Part shown: piece after piece, positions 10,981 to 23,100 of the stretch
How positions within the stretch are numbered: position 1 is the stretch's first letter
How the letters are laid out: each line of letters starts with the position of its first letter
NCBI GenBank assembly: GCA_036630325.1
Contig: CP142728.1
Span: 1,364,001-1,428,000 of the forward strand
DNA length: 64,000 bases
Source: Vairimorpha necatrix
Taxonomy: Eukaryota
Direction of reading: 5' to 3'
Position numbers and translations under genes: made by a program
Notes under the pieces: generated by a model
Database searches by the model: none
What the model saw: only the letters and a program-made list of their open reading frames with translations
What the model was told of the DNA's origin: nothing

Positions 10981-13224
10981 AATTTTTTGTATTTATGTTA
11001 ATAAAGGAGAAAAGGAGACATATTTAGATAGATTAGGCAATATTTGAAGCTAGCCAATAATTTCATGAGTGATAATTTAATACAATCAAATTATAGCTCA
11101 ATTTTTATAATAGTGTCAGTTTAGTCTTTTTTATTTTCAATATAACTTTTTTGTATGATTTTTGTTCATTTGCCATATAAATTTAGGTAAATTAAGGACT
11201 TAGTTAACAATGTATAAATTTTAATGATAAAAGTTGTTTTCTTTGATATTCAGATTTCTGCAGATAAATTTCTGTGTGCATTACTTACAGATCATTCACA
11301 ATATTTTTATATATATGATATATTTGTAAGAATTTGACTTAATAGTAATTGGCATACAATCAATTAAATTAATTTTTTAATGATCGTCTATTTTGTTGAA
11401 TTGTAAAGATCATTTACCTAAGAATTAATCTGTTTTTGATAAATTACTATTTCGGGGGCAAATACTCATAAATGCTTAATTGGATGTTTAATTCTTATTA
11501 ATATATCTATTTTAATTGATTTACTTTTAGTTCTATTTATATTGTATTTATTAATATTACATGATTTCAAAAATCTCAGCGTCTATATAAAATCCAAGAC
11601 ATCCTTTGGAAAAGAATTTGATATTGGTAGATTAATGTCTCAGAAAGATGATTGGACTATTAAACAATCCATTTTTAATGGTTAGTTACGATTGTAAAGG
11701 GCTATAAAGGTATAATTGTTGTGGTAAATCCACATATCGCTAGCAAACTTTATAGTTTCTCTTTTTTTGATAGAGCCTTCGATGTTTTTGAAAAGCTGTT
11801 CAAAAAATCCACATAATTTTATACAGTTCACGACAAAGCATTAGGCTTCTAAAATATCTATATGCATAAATTTCCAGGGCACAATTAACCTATTATAAAT
11901 TAAAGAAAGAATTAAAATATGAATTTACATAAAAGGTATGCCAGTTACTGCTACAACTTTGCAAATAGATTTACCTAATAACTGCAGATTAAAACTCTAA
12001 CACTGGATTTTTTAAATCAACTATTAGAGTTCGAAAAAAGCTATAGCGGCGTTCTTTTCGACAATAATACTTATATGATCCATACTTAATTCATGCAATT
12101 TATTTTTTATGCAACACAATTAATTTTTTGTTCAAAATAAAATAGGGAACTCATATTTATAAAAATTATAGTTTTTTATTTTTGTTATTGACGTTATCAC
12201 TAGTATTTGCCCAGTTAAAAATACATTTCTAAATAATTTTTTATTTGAGGCTTTTCTGGCCTGTATTGGTCTTTGTTTAGTCTCGACCTGTCATGGCTTT
12301 GCTTATAACTTCTCTTCTTGTAGCTCATGCCCTTCTTTTCAAAAATAAATATTTATAAAAAATGATTTTCTTGACATTGGATAATATCACAAATATAAAC
12401 TTATAAATTTGGGTTGTATTTTTTATCTTCGAAACCCCTTAGTGACTTTTTTAATTTAGGGTTATTCAAAAAATTTATGATATATATTCATATTATTAAT
12501 ATTTATAATATTTTTCAATTCTTTATATGTATCTATTCATTGATAATTTAATGGCATTCTTTACTATTTAACTGTTTAAAACATAGTCGAGAATAGCCTC
12601 TGGTATATGCCATCGCGAAATAATAATTATTTTGTGTTACACAACATATAATTCTGTGGTCGCAGATTTTTATATGTTTTCATATAAATAGTTCAACGAA
12701 GTTAATATTATTGTTTCTATCGGCGCTCTAATTTTCAATAAACTTTAATGATTATAAAGTTTATTGTTAAGACCATCTAAAACAAACGTTGGATGAAAAA
12801 TATTATTGTCTTAGAAATATTATTGATATTCTAATGTAAATTCCGATGAGTACAAAACAATTCTAAATGTCTTCTTTCATTACTTGTATTTTAACATGAA
12901 ATAAATTCGCGTGATAGAAACAAATGATTTGTCTGATTATGCATTTCCATACAGTCAACGTAAATTTAATGAAGAATTATCTTTTTTTCTAATATTTTGT
13001 TTATGATTTTCTATAAAAGTTTTAAAAGAAAATATATACATATATTTGTACTATAACTTGTGAAGTTCTATAAGACTTATAAATGTCTAATTATAACTTT
13101 TGATACGCAAGAAGAAAACTCTTAACAAAAGCTTTTTTTTTTGAAAAAAAAAGAAAATGTGAGGATCTTTGCAAATGTTCTTACGATAGTTCTTAGATTC
13201 TCTTTTATTTTTATCAATAACTAA

Positions 13225-13463
13225 TGTCAAGTGACAGATCTCCAGTGGTCCTAAGATTACCCTGGAGACTAGAGAATACTATTCTATAAGTATTCTCCTC
13301 CTTTACCAAACTATGTTTATGGAAAGAAAATGTACAATACTTTCCCGCCTATAAATATAAAAGAAAATCATACCCTTGGGGGTATGAAGATGAAGAACAA
13401 TAAAAATTATAGTTTAAAACATTCTTCTCGGACTGATGGGAAACCATCAGTCCACAACTAACA
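13225..13463 (+). mobile_element. Solo-LTR-like element (TG..CA), rich in hairpins
   Basis: Starts TGTC and ends AACA. Flanked by TAACTAA on both sides (13218-13224, 13464-13470). Contains TATAAATA (13350) and AATAAA (~13399), and about six stem-loops. Confidence 0.6.
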
Positions 13464-16400
13464 TAACTAATATTGTTTTAAAATATTCAAAGACAATTAA
13501 AAAATTAAAAAAATATATCTGATAAATTTTGATTTAAGGTTTTGAATCAGATACACGTGTTTTGATTTTTACAAAATATTTTTTTAATCTGAAATCTCCT
13601 TAAAAACATGAAAAGTAGTTAGATTTAAATTTTACAAATTCTTATAAAACAATTTATGGGTTATCAGCATTCTCAATGTCCATATTTTTTTTATCTATAG
13701 AATTGTAAACAACAGTATTGGGGTTTCTAGTATATTATGCATACTTGAACCTTCTGTTTACCTTATCGTATGACCTAAATTGTCTTTTAAGCGTTTGTTC
13801 TATTTAAAGTTATGGTCATTAATCATAACGCCATATATATACTCGATATTGATTAATCCCTGCAATCTGCGAAGACTAAATATGTAACTTCCTAACATTA
13901 TATTTTTGCCTGATAAAGTAATCGCCAATATAATATCGTGATTTTTAGACTATTCATAATCATATATATCTGTTTTTTATATTAGGGTTATCAATATTTT
14001 TTATTAAATAAATGAAAATTTTGAACCCCTAATTGTTTTTATTTACTGCAGTATTGAAAGTATCTAGCTTTATAATCCATTGAAATTATGAAAATAATGA
14101 TATAAAGAGTTCATAAATTTGCTTAACAACAGTGAATTAATGGATGACAACAGAAATTATAAAGCGATCATATAGCTGCACCTTTTAATAAAAAAACCGT
14201 CACAGTTGATTATTATAATTCTGGTATGATAATACGCCGACTGTTAAATGTTTATATGTGTTGAAAAAAATTTAATTTGTTCCTAATAAAATTTTTAATA
14301 TTGTAATTAATTGGAAACTATATTTATAAGCATTTGATATTGTGTTTGATACAGTACTGTCTCATAAAGATATTATTGAAATTATATCAAATACAACCAA
14401 AATGGATAATAATCAGAACGTAACAGACTTGAGCTATTTTTTTAAAATATATGTTACAAACAAACTAGTCAACGAAAGTAAGTAAATCCTAATGGTCATC
14501 CTTTTGTAGTTTTAGCATATCATAGATAGGATTTAATTTTTTATTTATCTTTAGACGATTTAGAAGAAATTAAAAGATTAAAAAAGCTTGTTTGTGGATT
14601 TTTTTTTGTTTAATAAAAAAGAATTTGTCCATGGCATGTTACGCAATTATTTACCAAAAAAATGTATTCAACAGTGAAGATTAAAATTTACATGAAATTT
14701 CCTTCGCAGGAAGTTGAGGATAATGTATCAAATAATTGTTTTTTTCCACATAAATTATTTAATGTAAAAACTAAAATTTAAAATGGCTGTAAAAATACAA
14801 AAATATTAGAAAATATGAACAGTTATCTAAAATACGTTTACAGCATATGACATTTAAACAACTGTCTTTTTTAATTATTCTAGTATGTCATTTTGATATG
14901 TCAATATCTGATCTTTTTATATGTTACTATTTTTTATGAACTAAGCCTAATAAATTTTCTTAATGCAAAATCTTAAAGTTACATTGGTAAAAAAACCAGT
15001 TTTTTCTGTATTAATCTAAAAACATCCCCCTTAGCATATGAAGTGATATTATCGTAGTAAACAAATTTTTTACAAGTAAGAGGCTGAAGAGAATTTCCTA
15101 TACGAACAAAGAGACTCTCAGCTGTGATAATCTCAGTACCATACTGTATAACTTTACTTCCAAAACTTACAACATTGTACTTGCTAGCATATAAAACTCC
15201 GCGGGGGGTTTCAACAATGATAGTGTCATTATTTTACCTTTTTTTTCTAATCTAGATCAAAATGATTACAGAGAATATTTTTTAGCAAGATCAATGCAAT
15301 ATAAAAGTAGATTTTCTCTGTATGAAATAAAATCATGTATTTTACTCGCGTTAGATCCACCTTTTTCATTATATAACCATTACGAATGTTATGGCTTTGC
15401 ATTAATTTTTTTCATTGCATAAGTAATGATTGGCGTGTTATAAAATTGTGATCATGCATGTGTTCACTAAATCTACTGGATAAATCTCATAATTATACCT
15501 TAAGAAATTACCCTTAACGTGAATTTGTGTTTTTGATACGTTAAGTTAAATTAATTTATCGTGTTACATATTTTTTTTATGCTAGAGAAATTTATACATA
15601 AAGTAAATTTCATGCACCGTTTGGCCAGGAATTAATAAATCAATTCAATGAATATAGATAATTTTTTTTTTTACTATGAATATATTATACAATAGTATTA
15701 TAAGATATGTGAGTCTGATGGAAAAAATGAATTTTATAATAAAACACAGTGCACTGATTAAACCCATGAGCTCATATTTTTATGTCAAATATACAATAGA
15801 AAAAATTTATATTTTTTATACAAGCTTTTAAACCCCAAATAAAGTAATATTGTGAACGTTTAAAAGTATTCTAAATGTCTGTTAGTATAATTCAATTAAT
15901 AATTGTATATTTAATATTACCAAAACATTTTTTAGATCTCTAAAATACATAAAATTTTTATAAACGAATATTAACTCTACAATAATAAGACACGAATCTT
16001 ATTTAAACTCCAACAAAAATATTATTTATTACCATAATACAAAAAATTATTGATCGAGTGCAAATAGCATTAAGTTAAAATAATATTTAAATTAACGGCT
16101 ACGCTTTTTGTGTATAAATATGGAGAAATCATGCATAGAAATGGAAGTAATAATGATTATTGAAAACCAAAATTTCTAGCTTTGAATTTCCTAAAACAAA
16201 TTTTCCTTCTCATTTGCAAAAGTGTAGGTCCTGGGATTTATTGAATCTAGTTCTTTAAATCGCTAAAAGGTACTCATAGGACTTTGTATATTGTATTTAT
16301 TTAAAACAATAGATGGATGACTCAGGTGATATATCTGCACATATAATCTACTTCGCTTGATTTTTTAGTATGTTTGCAAAACTGCTATATTTTCAGAGAG

Positions 16401-17884
16401 ATATTCTTAACATTAATCATGATATATACAGAGGTAACGGACATTTATCGCCCTGTGAAACATCTTCTAGAAATCGATACTTTTTTTACAAATAAATTCT
16501 TAGGTTAGTTCGACGATCCTAAGTATATTACGGACAATGAAGTTTTATATTTAAAAACAGCATATGTTTGCATCTAAGTCGCGTTTTGAGATATTATTTT
16601 ACACCTATTAACTATATCACATAATGATCATGAAATCTGAATATTACTCGTGCCATCGCCCATTTGGTTACGTTACTTAAAATGAGTTGAAACAAACATT
16701 ATATTTTCCTTACGAATCAAGCTCTGTTTTTATATGTAAAATATTTTAAATTAACTATCTCTGTTGTTGATTAAGTATCATCATGTTTATACTTGTAAAA
16801 ATTCCTCTCTTTTAACAAAAATTTATGCATAGAATGAGTGATTGAATTATTTTGAAAAAATAAAAATACTATAACATAACGTTAACGTAAGGCAAGTTTA
16901 ATCATGCACTAAACATACAAAAGGTAATAAATCTAGCAAAATATTCAAAAAACTTGCCTTGTGGATTTTATCATAAAAAAATTACATGTAAGACTACTTT
17001 GTAATTTTCGATATTGTACATGGTACAAATAAGCTAATTTATCGACGATTTGCTTACTTCAAGAAATTTTCTAAAGAATTTTTATGTTTTACTTATTCAA
17101 TTAATTTTTTTTTTTGAAAGCCAATGCGATAAAAAATCTTTATAACTCTATGGTAAAATGTGTTTTTTGTGTTAATCGTTTCGTATGTAATTTCATAAAC
17201 AAATCGACTAGAAGTTGGCTTGAAATTATATAAAGAGCCAAAGTTAGATAGTAATAACAGTTTTTACACTACACAAGATACCTATCATGAAAATAGAAAC
17301 ATTGCGTAGAGTGGGATGAAATAGAAGAAATTGGGATTCAAAGGGAGAATATTACCATTGATGTGAATTTCACCTTTGCAATATAATTAGTTTTTCTCAT
17401 TAAAGATGAAAAATAATTTTTAAACATTAACTTTTACTTTAATATGATCAAAATTTCCCATTAATTTTTGTTTTAAAAAAATTACAAGGTTATTTATCCT
17501 CTTTAATATATACAGGTAGAAAAAATAAAGTCTTTATGAACATGTAAGTATATAAGAAAATATAAAATCTAGTTCGTAAATTACTAAAAAGTCAACTATT
17601 ATTTATAGAACCAAATTTATATTTATATGGTTGTAATTAAATAAAGTGATATTAGGTCAAAATGACATGACTGGAATTTTTATGTGGAATATTGTACCTG
17701 ACCCAATACTATTGTGTTTATTTGCTTCTTAAGTTATACTTTATATGTTATGTATAACAATTGCTCAATCTTATAAAAGTCCATAAATAATTGATAGGAT
17801 TCGCTCTCATGAGATTTTTTGTCTACATATGTTTTTACTATTTTGAAAAAAAATCTCCTAGTACTCTAAAAATACAATATTAAC

Positions 17885-18008
17885 TGTCGTAGCCGATCTT
17901 ATACTGACTAATCATCTTTTTACAAATGGACAGATTTGATTGGCTACAAAAAGTATTTAGAAACAATTCCTTAGAGGGGATGGAAAACAAGAATTAAGTT
18001 ATTGACAA
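17885..18008 (+). repeat. Dispersed repeat, copy 1 (copy 2 at ~60520-60645)
   Basis: The pattern TCGTAGCC.ATC..ATACTGA..AATCAT...TTGGCTACAAAAAGTATTTA...ATTGACA is shared by both loci. Confidence 0.65.
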
Positions 18009-18162
18009 TAACCATTTGTGTTTACGTGTATCTCTTAATCTATAAATTTAAAAAATTCGAATTGTACAATAAAAAAAAATAAATCACTTATCAGTATATT
18101 ACATAAACAGATGTTTAACGTCAATTATACATTATTAAGTAAAATTATATTGTTTTAATTCA

Positions 18163-18278
18163 ATTACGGCCATATCTACTGTAAAGCACCGGAACTCGTC
18201 AGCTCTCCGAAGTTAAGCCAGTAAGAGCCTTGTGAGTACTGAGATGGGAGACCGCTCGGAAAAGCAGGGTGCTGTAAT
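18163..18278 (+). rRNA. 5S ribosomal RNA
   Basis: ATTACGGCCATATC...GCACCGGAACTCGTCAGCTCTCCGAAGTTAAGC...AGTACTGAGATGGGAGACCGCTCGGAAAAGCAGGGTGCTGTAAT matches the eukaryotic 5S consensus. Helix I pairs (ATTACGGC/GCTGTAAT). Length is ~116 nt. Confidence 0.95.
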
Positions 18279-18306
18279 ATAAAAAAATATTGCTTTTAGT
18301 TACATT

Positions 18307-18535
18307 GGAAAAGAAGAAGTGTCCAGAGCTGTAATCGCACTAGTTAACATGGCGACTGTTAAAGAAGTGGTGTCGGCAAAGGGGACTGAAGCTGAAAAAG
18401 TCAAGTTGAAAAATATTAATAATTCCACAGAAACCAAAGTCTTTAAATTTGCTAATCCCATGAGCGATACCGGGGAAAGATGTGCTATGAAATTCTAAGC
18501 TTAATGATAAATTAACTCAATAAATCTTTTATATT
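18307..18535 (+). pseudogene. 3' fragment of an unknown gene, paralogous to 32810-33030
   Basis: Reads GKEEVSRAVIALVNMATVKEVVSAKGTEAEKVKLKNINNSTETKVFKFANPMSDTGERCAMKF* followed by AATAAA. Shares AATAATTCCACAGAAACCAAAGTCT and GAGCGATACCGGG with the second copy. Confidence 0.6.
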
Positions 18536-19511
18536 AGTTACATTCTATCAATTTCCAGTGCGTAATTTTCGTTTCTAAGTTTGTATCAAAAAATAATTCT
18601 TTTCGTTGATTCCCCTCCTATTTTAAATATCTTTATTCAACCCTTAACAACAACAATATTTTGTACAATCATTAAAAGAATAATTCTATGAGCTTTGCTT
18701 CCTATCAGATAGACAAAGCACATTTAATAATGTAGTTATATTGTATAATACTGGATTTTTTTATTGGAGATAACAAAATATAGACAATTAACGAATGTGT
18801 GTTGTTGTATACTTTATTTAAAAAAAACATCAGATGATCAGAATCTAATCATTTCTAAATATATACACCTATTTTATAATCCAGTGATCCTAAGTATATC
18901 GTTAATATTAAGCTGAGGATACAACCAGACGTATTTGGTAAAGTTTGAAGTAGTTAAAAACGTGTGTGCAGCGATCAACAAGTCAACTAGTCAAGAGTTA
19001 GGTTACAAAACAGGATGACCACTAATTTGGAGCTACGCAGTATTTATGATACCACAGAAATCATAAGCTAAATTGAGGGGGTTATGAGAGCAACCCCGAA
19101 ATTCGTCCTAATATGTCAGGAATAAAAAAGGTGTCCTGAGAATTCACCGAATAGCAATTGACATAAATCAATTCATCGAAAAATCAAAATATTAATTTCT
19201 CTTAGGAATATCCATTATATATATTTAAATTTGATTATGTATGGATTAAATATATATTGCATATTATAGCAGTTGAATATTATTAGAATGGATATCCCTA
19301 AAAAAATCATATTTTAATTTTTGGTTAATTGCTTATGGTGAGTTGCTTACGATGAATTCACAAAAACCAATAATAAACATACTCTTTCAATTTGATTTAG
19401 CTAATACATGTTCTATTATAGACAAGAGAATAATTGCTATGGTAATTTAGTTACAATATAATTAGCACAGTACGCATAAAATCAATGAAATTGAGTAAAA
19501 TCAAATAGGAA

Positions 19512-20181
19512 GGTACATGACCGTTTGGAACCCGCTTTGGAAAAATGAACCCGCTTTGGAAAAATCAAAAAACTGAAAAATAAAAAAAATTATAAAAAAG
19601 GGACTTGATGATTTATTTTAAATAATGACAGAAGACAATTTATCCGGTGAATTTTGTGAATTTGGAAAGCCCAGTGGAACTGTAAAAGGTACTCTTGTTC
19701 TTCTTTGTTTATATCTAGAACAATTATCTTTTATAGAAATGAGCCCAAACCAACTAAATTATATGGCGGACGGTGACTCAGAATCGCTAGAGGTTACAGC
19801 ATTTATGGAGTGATTCTTAGTACTGTGCTCCATCCCTTTGCTTAGCTAATGTGGCATCATATGCTACCCATTGATTAGAGATTATAATAGAAAGAGGTTA
19901 TACATTTTCTTGTATTACCTCAAGGAAAAAGCAGTATTTCTACTAGTTACAGAAACGAGCAAGGCGCACGCGCTCAGCATCAAATGTTTCCAAAATAAAC
20001 CTTTTATTATATTCCATGTATAAATCAATTCATCATTAAAAACCTCATCTGCCTAACAAACATTGTTTTTGCCAATTTTGCCATTTTTTTAAAAAGGGGA
20101 GTTTCTTTAAAATTTCAAACCGGGTTCATTTCCCCAATGCGGGGTTATTTTCCTAAAGCGGGTTCCAAACGGTCATGTACC
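19512..20181 (-). mobile_element. Non-autonomous (internally deleted) Merlin element with TIRs and 8-bp TSD
   Basis: TIRs GGTACATGACCGTTTGGAACCCGCTTT / AAAGCGGGTTCCAAACGGTCATGTACC, with sub-terminal repeats of AACCCGCTTTGGAAAAAT. TSD AATAGGAA at 19504-19511 and 20182-20189. Minus-strand remnant VIQENV*PLSIIISNQWVAY...NHS. Confidence 0.92.
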
Positions 20182-23100
20182 AATAGGAATTTACTGTCAT
20201 GTGAAAAATTACATTTTGTAAATAGTAAATGTTTCTGTAGATATATATCATGAAATTCACTATGGTTTTATAGATTGTGATTGGGCATAATAAAAATAAT
20301 TACCACAAAAGGTCCAAAGCGTGAGACCAAAATAGACAATAACAGTACAATTGTTCAGGCCACACAAACTTATAAAATTTATTTTGAAAATGTAGAGATC
20401 AGACGGAACTTATAAATTAGGGAAACATTATAAATTTATAAAATTTAAATATGTAAAGCATTTTTCTAATTTTTCAATTCTTTCTATATACACAAAATGC
20501 TTTATGGATCAAATTCTGTAGAAAAAATATAAAACATAATATAAAAAAGTCTACATTCGTATATTTAATTATAAAAATGTCTGTTATCGAAAATACAATA
20601 GAAGCAAATATCTGGAAAAACTATGTTTTTTAATGTATGATTATAGTTAATTATATTGTTCATAAACAATTACCTTATCAACATAGAACAACTAAAGTCT
20701 GCATGTATTCTAAAACTTTATATTTTTTGTAATTTTTTTAAATAAATATGAAATCGATGTATGTACATATTGATATTTCAAATTACCCTTTTTAAGTTAT
20801 TTAGTAATCGAAAATACTACAGGCAGCTTAAAACAAACATTTATTACAAATTTTAGTTGAAGCTTAGGCATCGAATGAGTTCAGATAGATATAAAACTTT
20901 CAACAAGTACACTGTCTTTATGTAAAAAATATGCTTGCCTTTGTAAAACAATAAATGTACTTATATTTATATAAATAGAGAACTAATATTTCCTATGATG
21001 AGTTTTTAATGCAAGAATCCAAAAACAAAAATTTAGAGCTCATAAATTCTTATGCTAATTATTATTTTTAAAAAATACATATATTTAATTTATGTAAAAA
21101 AAAATAATAATTATAGAACATAAACAACAAACAATTTATTTTTTTTAAATAATCTAGTTTCAACGGTGCGACAGAAACCTCGTCGTTCAAGCATCTACAA
21201 TGGAAGTTTTTGTAATTCTTTCTATTGCTATTTACCTAAATTTCTGTTGATATATTAAAAGTCTTTTATTTGGGGGTAGGAACATTCTCTCCTATTTTAA
21301 GCATCATTATCTCTTCATGGTTCTGTTTACGTAGAACCCGAAACTTTCTGAGGTAATATATAACGAGAAATTACTAACAATATTTTATAGAAAAGAATAA
21401 TTGTAAAATACAATATAAATAAATAATACAAGAACTATAAATATACCATATAGCATAACTTTATATCTATACATAAATCTAAAGGTTTTTTTTCTCATAG
21501 TTTAAATACATTTATAAAGTTTTTGTGTATTATAAACTAGAATTTTATACCTTGATCTAAAAATGTAATTGATCTGCAAAAATATTTTAAAATAAATTTT
21601 AAAACAGTATATCGTTCGAGTCATATACAACCAATTTTTTTAAAAACTCGAGTCTAGACGATAACAGATCATATTCTTCGTTAGATATTAATATTTTAGA
21701 TTTCTATATTAAAATTTTTATTAAAATGGTATATGGGTTAATAAGAATGAAAAAATACAATAAAATATATATCACAAGACAAATATATTAAGATTAATTA
21801 CGTACTTTAAAATTTTAGTCTAAAATTATGATCAATTGAAATATAAATTATAGTTTTACCACTTTCTCATCAAGATATAACATTTATATCTATATATATT
21901 AATAAAAAACGGATATATAATCTTTCAAATTAACCTATAATTGACAATAAAAACCATGGCGTTGGAATGACCTTCAATTTAGTATAATGTAATTTTATAT
22001 AAATGAGAATATTTTACTCTATTCTAATATCTAAAAGAAACTGAAATTTGTATTTGTTCATAAATAAGCATCTGCAATACGAAAAGTTAAATAACAATAC
22101 TTTGAAAAGCTATATGGGGCATTATATGTGTTTATGCTTTACTAAATAATAAATGGCTATATATGCGAATTTTTAAAGGTAAGTAGTAATATATGAAATG
22201 TATGAGATACATTTGAAACTGTGATTAGTATAAGTAGAAATGTTTTTGCCTATACAAAAAATAAATCTACAGTTGACAATATAATCTAAATGAAAGAGAA
22301 GTTGTAATGTTTTTAGATTTTTCAAATATTAATTCAATTGTGCTTTTATATGATTTATATTATCAGGGATAATATCAAAGTGCGGAAGAGTTTGTGTTCA
22401 TACATTATAATTAATACATCAATTATAGTTAAGACGTATTGTATTTTATTCATCTATAAAAAAATATATGAGGCAAGTAATAAATTACAAAAACACAAAC
22501 GAGAAATTTTAAATTTTACTGCCTATATGTTAAAGGGCTTTTCTTTTAATGCCCTTTTCTTATTAAGATTTAAGAAATTAGGGACATGTTTTTAGTAAGC
22601 AATTACATTTGTAATATTTTTACATCATAGAATTTTATACAACAAATCTTGTCATATGGAGTTTGCATAAATCATATTGAAAAAAAACAAAGATTAAATA
22701 TCCAAATTTTTTTTTTTAAATCAATTATATATTAAACTAGCACTATTTTTTAAGGTATACATTATAATAAGCAAAAATTAAAATGAACAATGAAACTAAC
22801 ACTTTTAAATCCAGATAAAAACAAAACAAAAAATAATTTTAAGAGCATGGAACATTTTTACAAAATTCTTAAAGATAAAGACTTAGTAAAAAAATTTACA
22901 TAAGCAGAAATTGTAATGCAACATTCATTATTTGCAATTGTCCTAAGTGACGCTATGATGTTCTAGCTAAATGTTTCTAACAAATTACATATTTATTATG
23001 ATTATAAATATTTTTTCAAACATTATTAACAAACCAAAATCTGCATCAAAAACGATTTTGTCGTTTATTGTCGTATGAGAAAATTTACGATATATAGAAT

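Noticed and set aside
16200-16560. Possible decayed gene resembling 35080-35350 and 18830-18900
   Set aside because: Only short shared words (TATACAGAGGT, GATCCTAAGTATAT). Cannot be distinguished from chance by eye.
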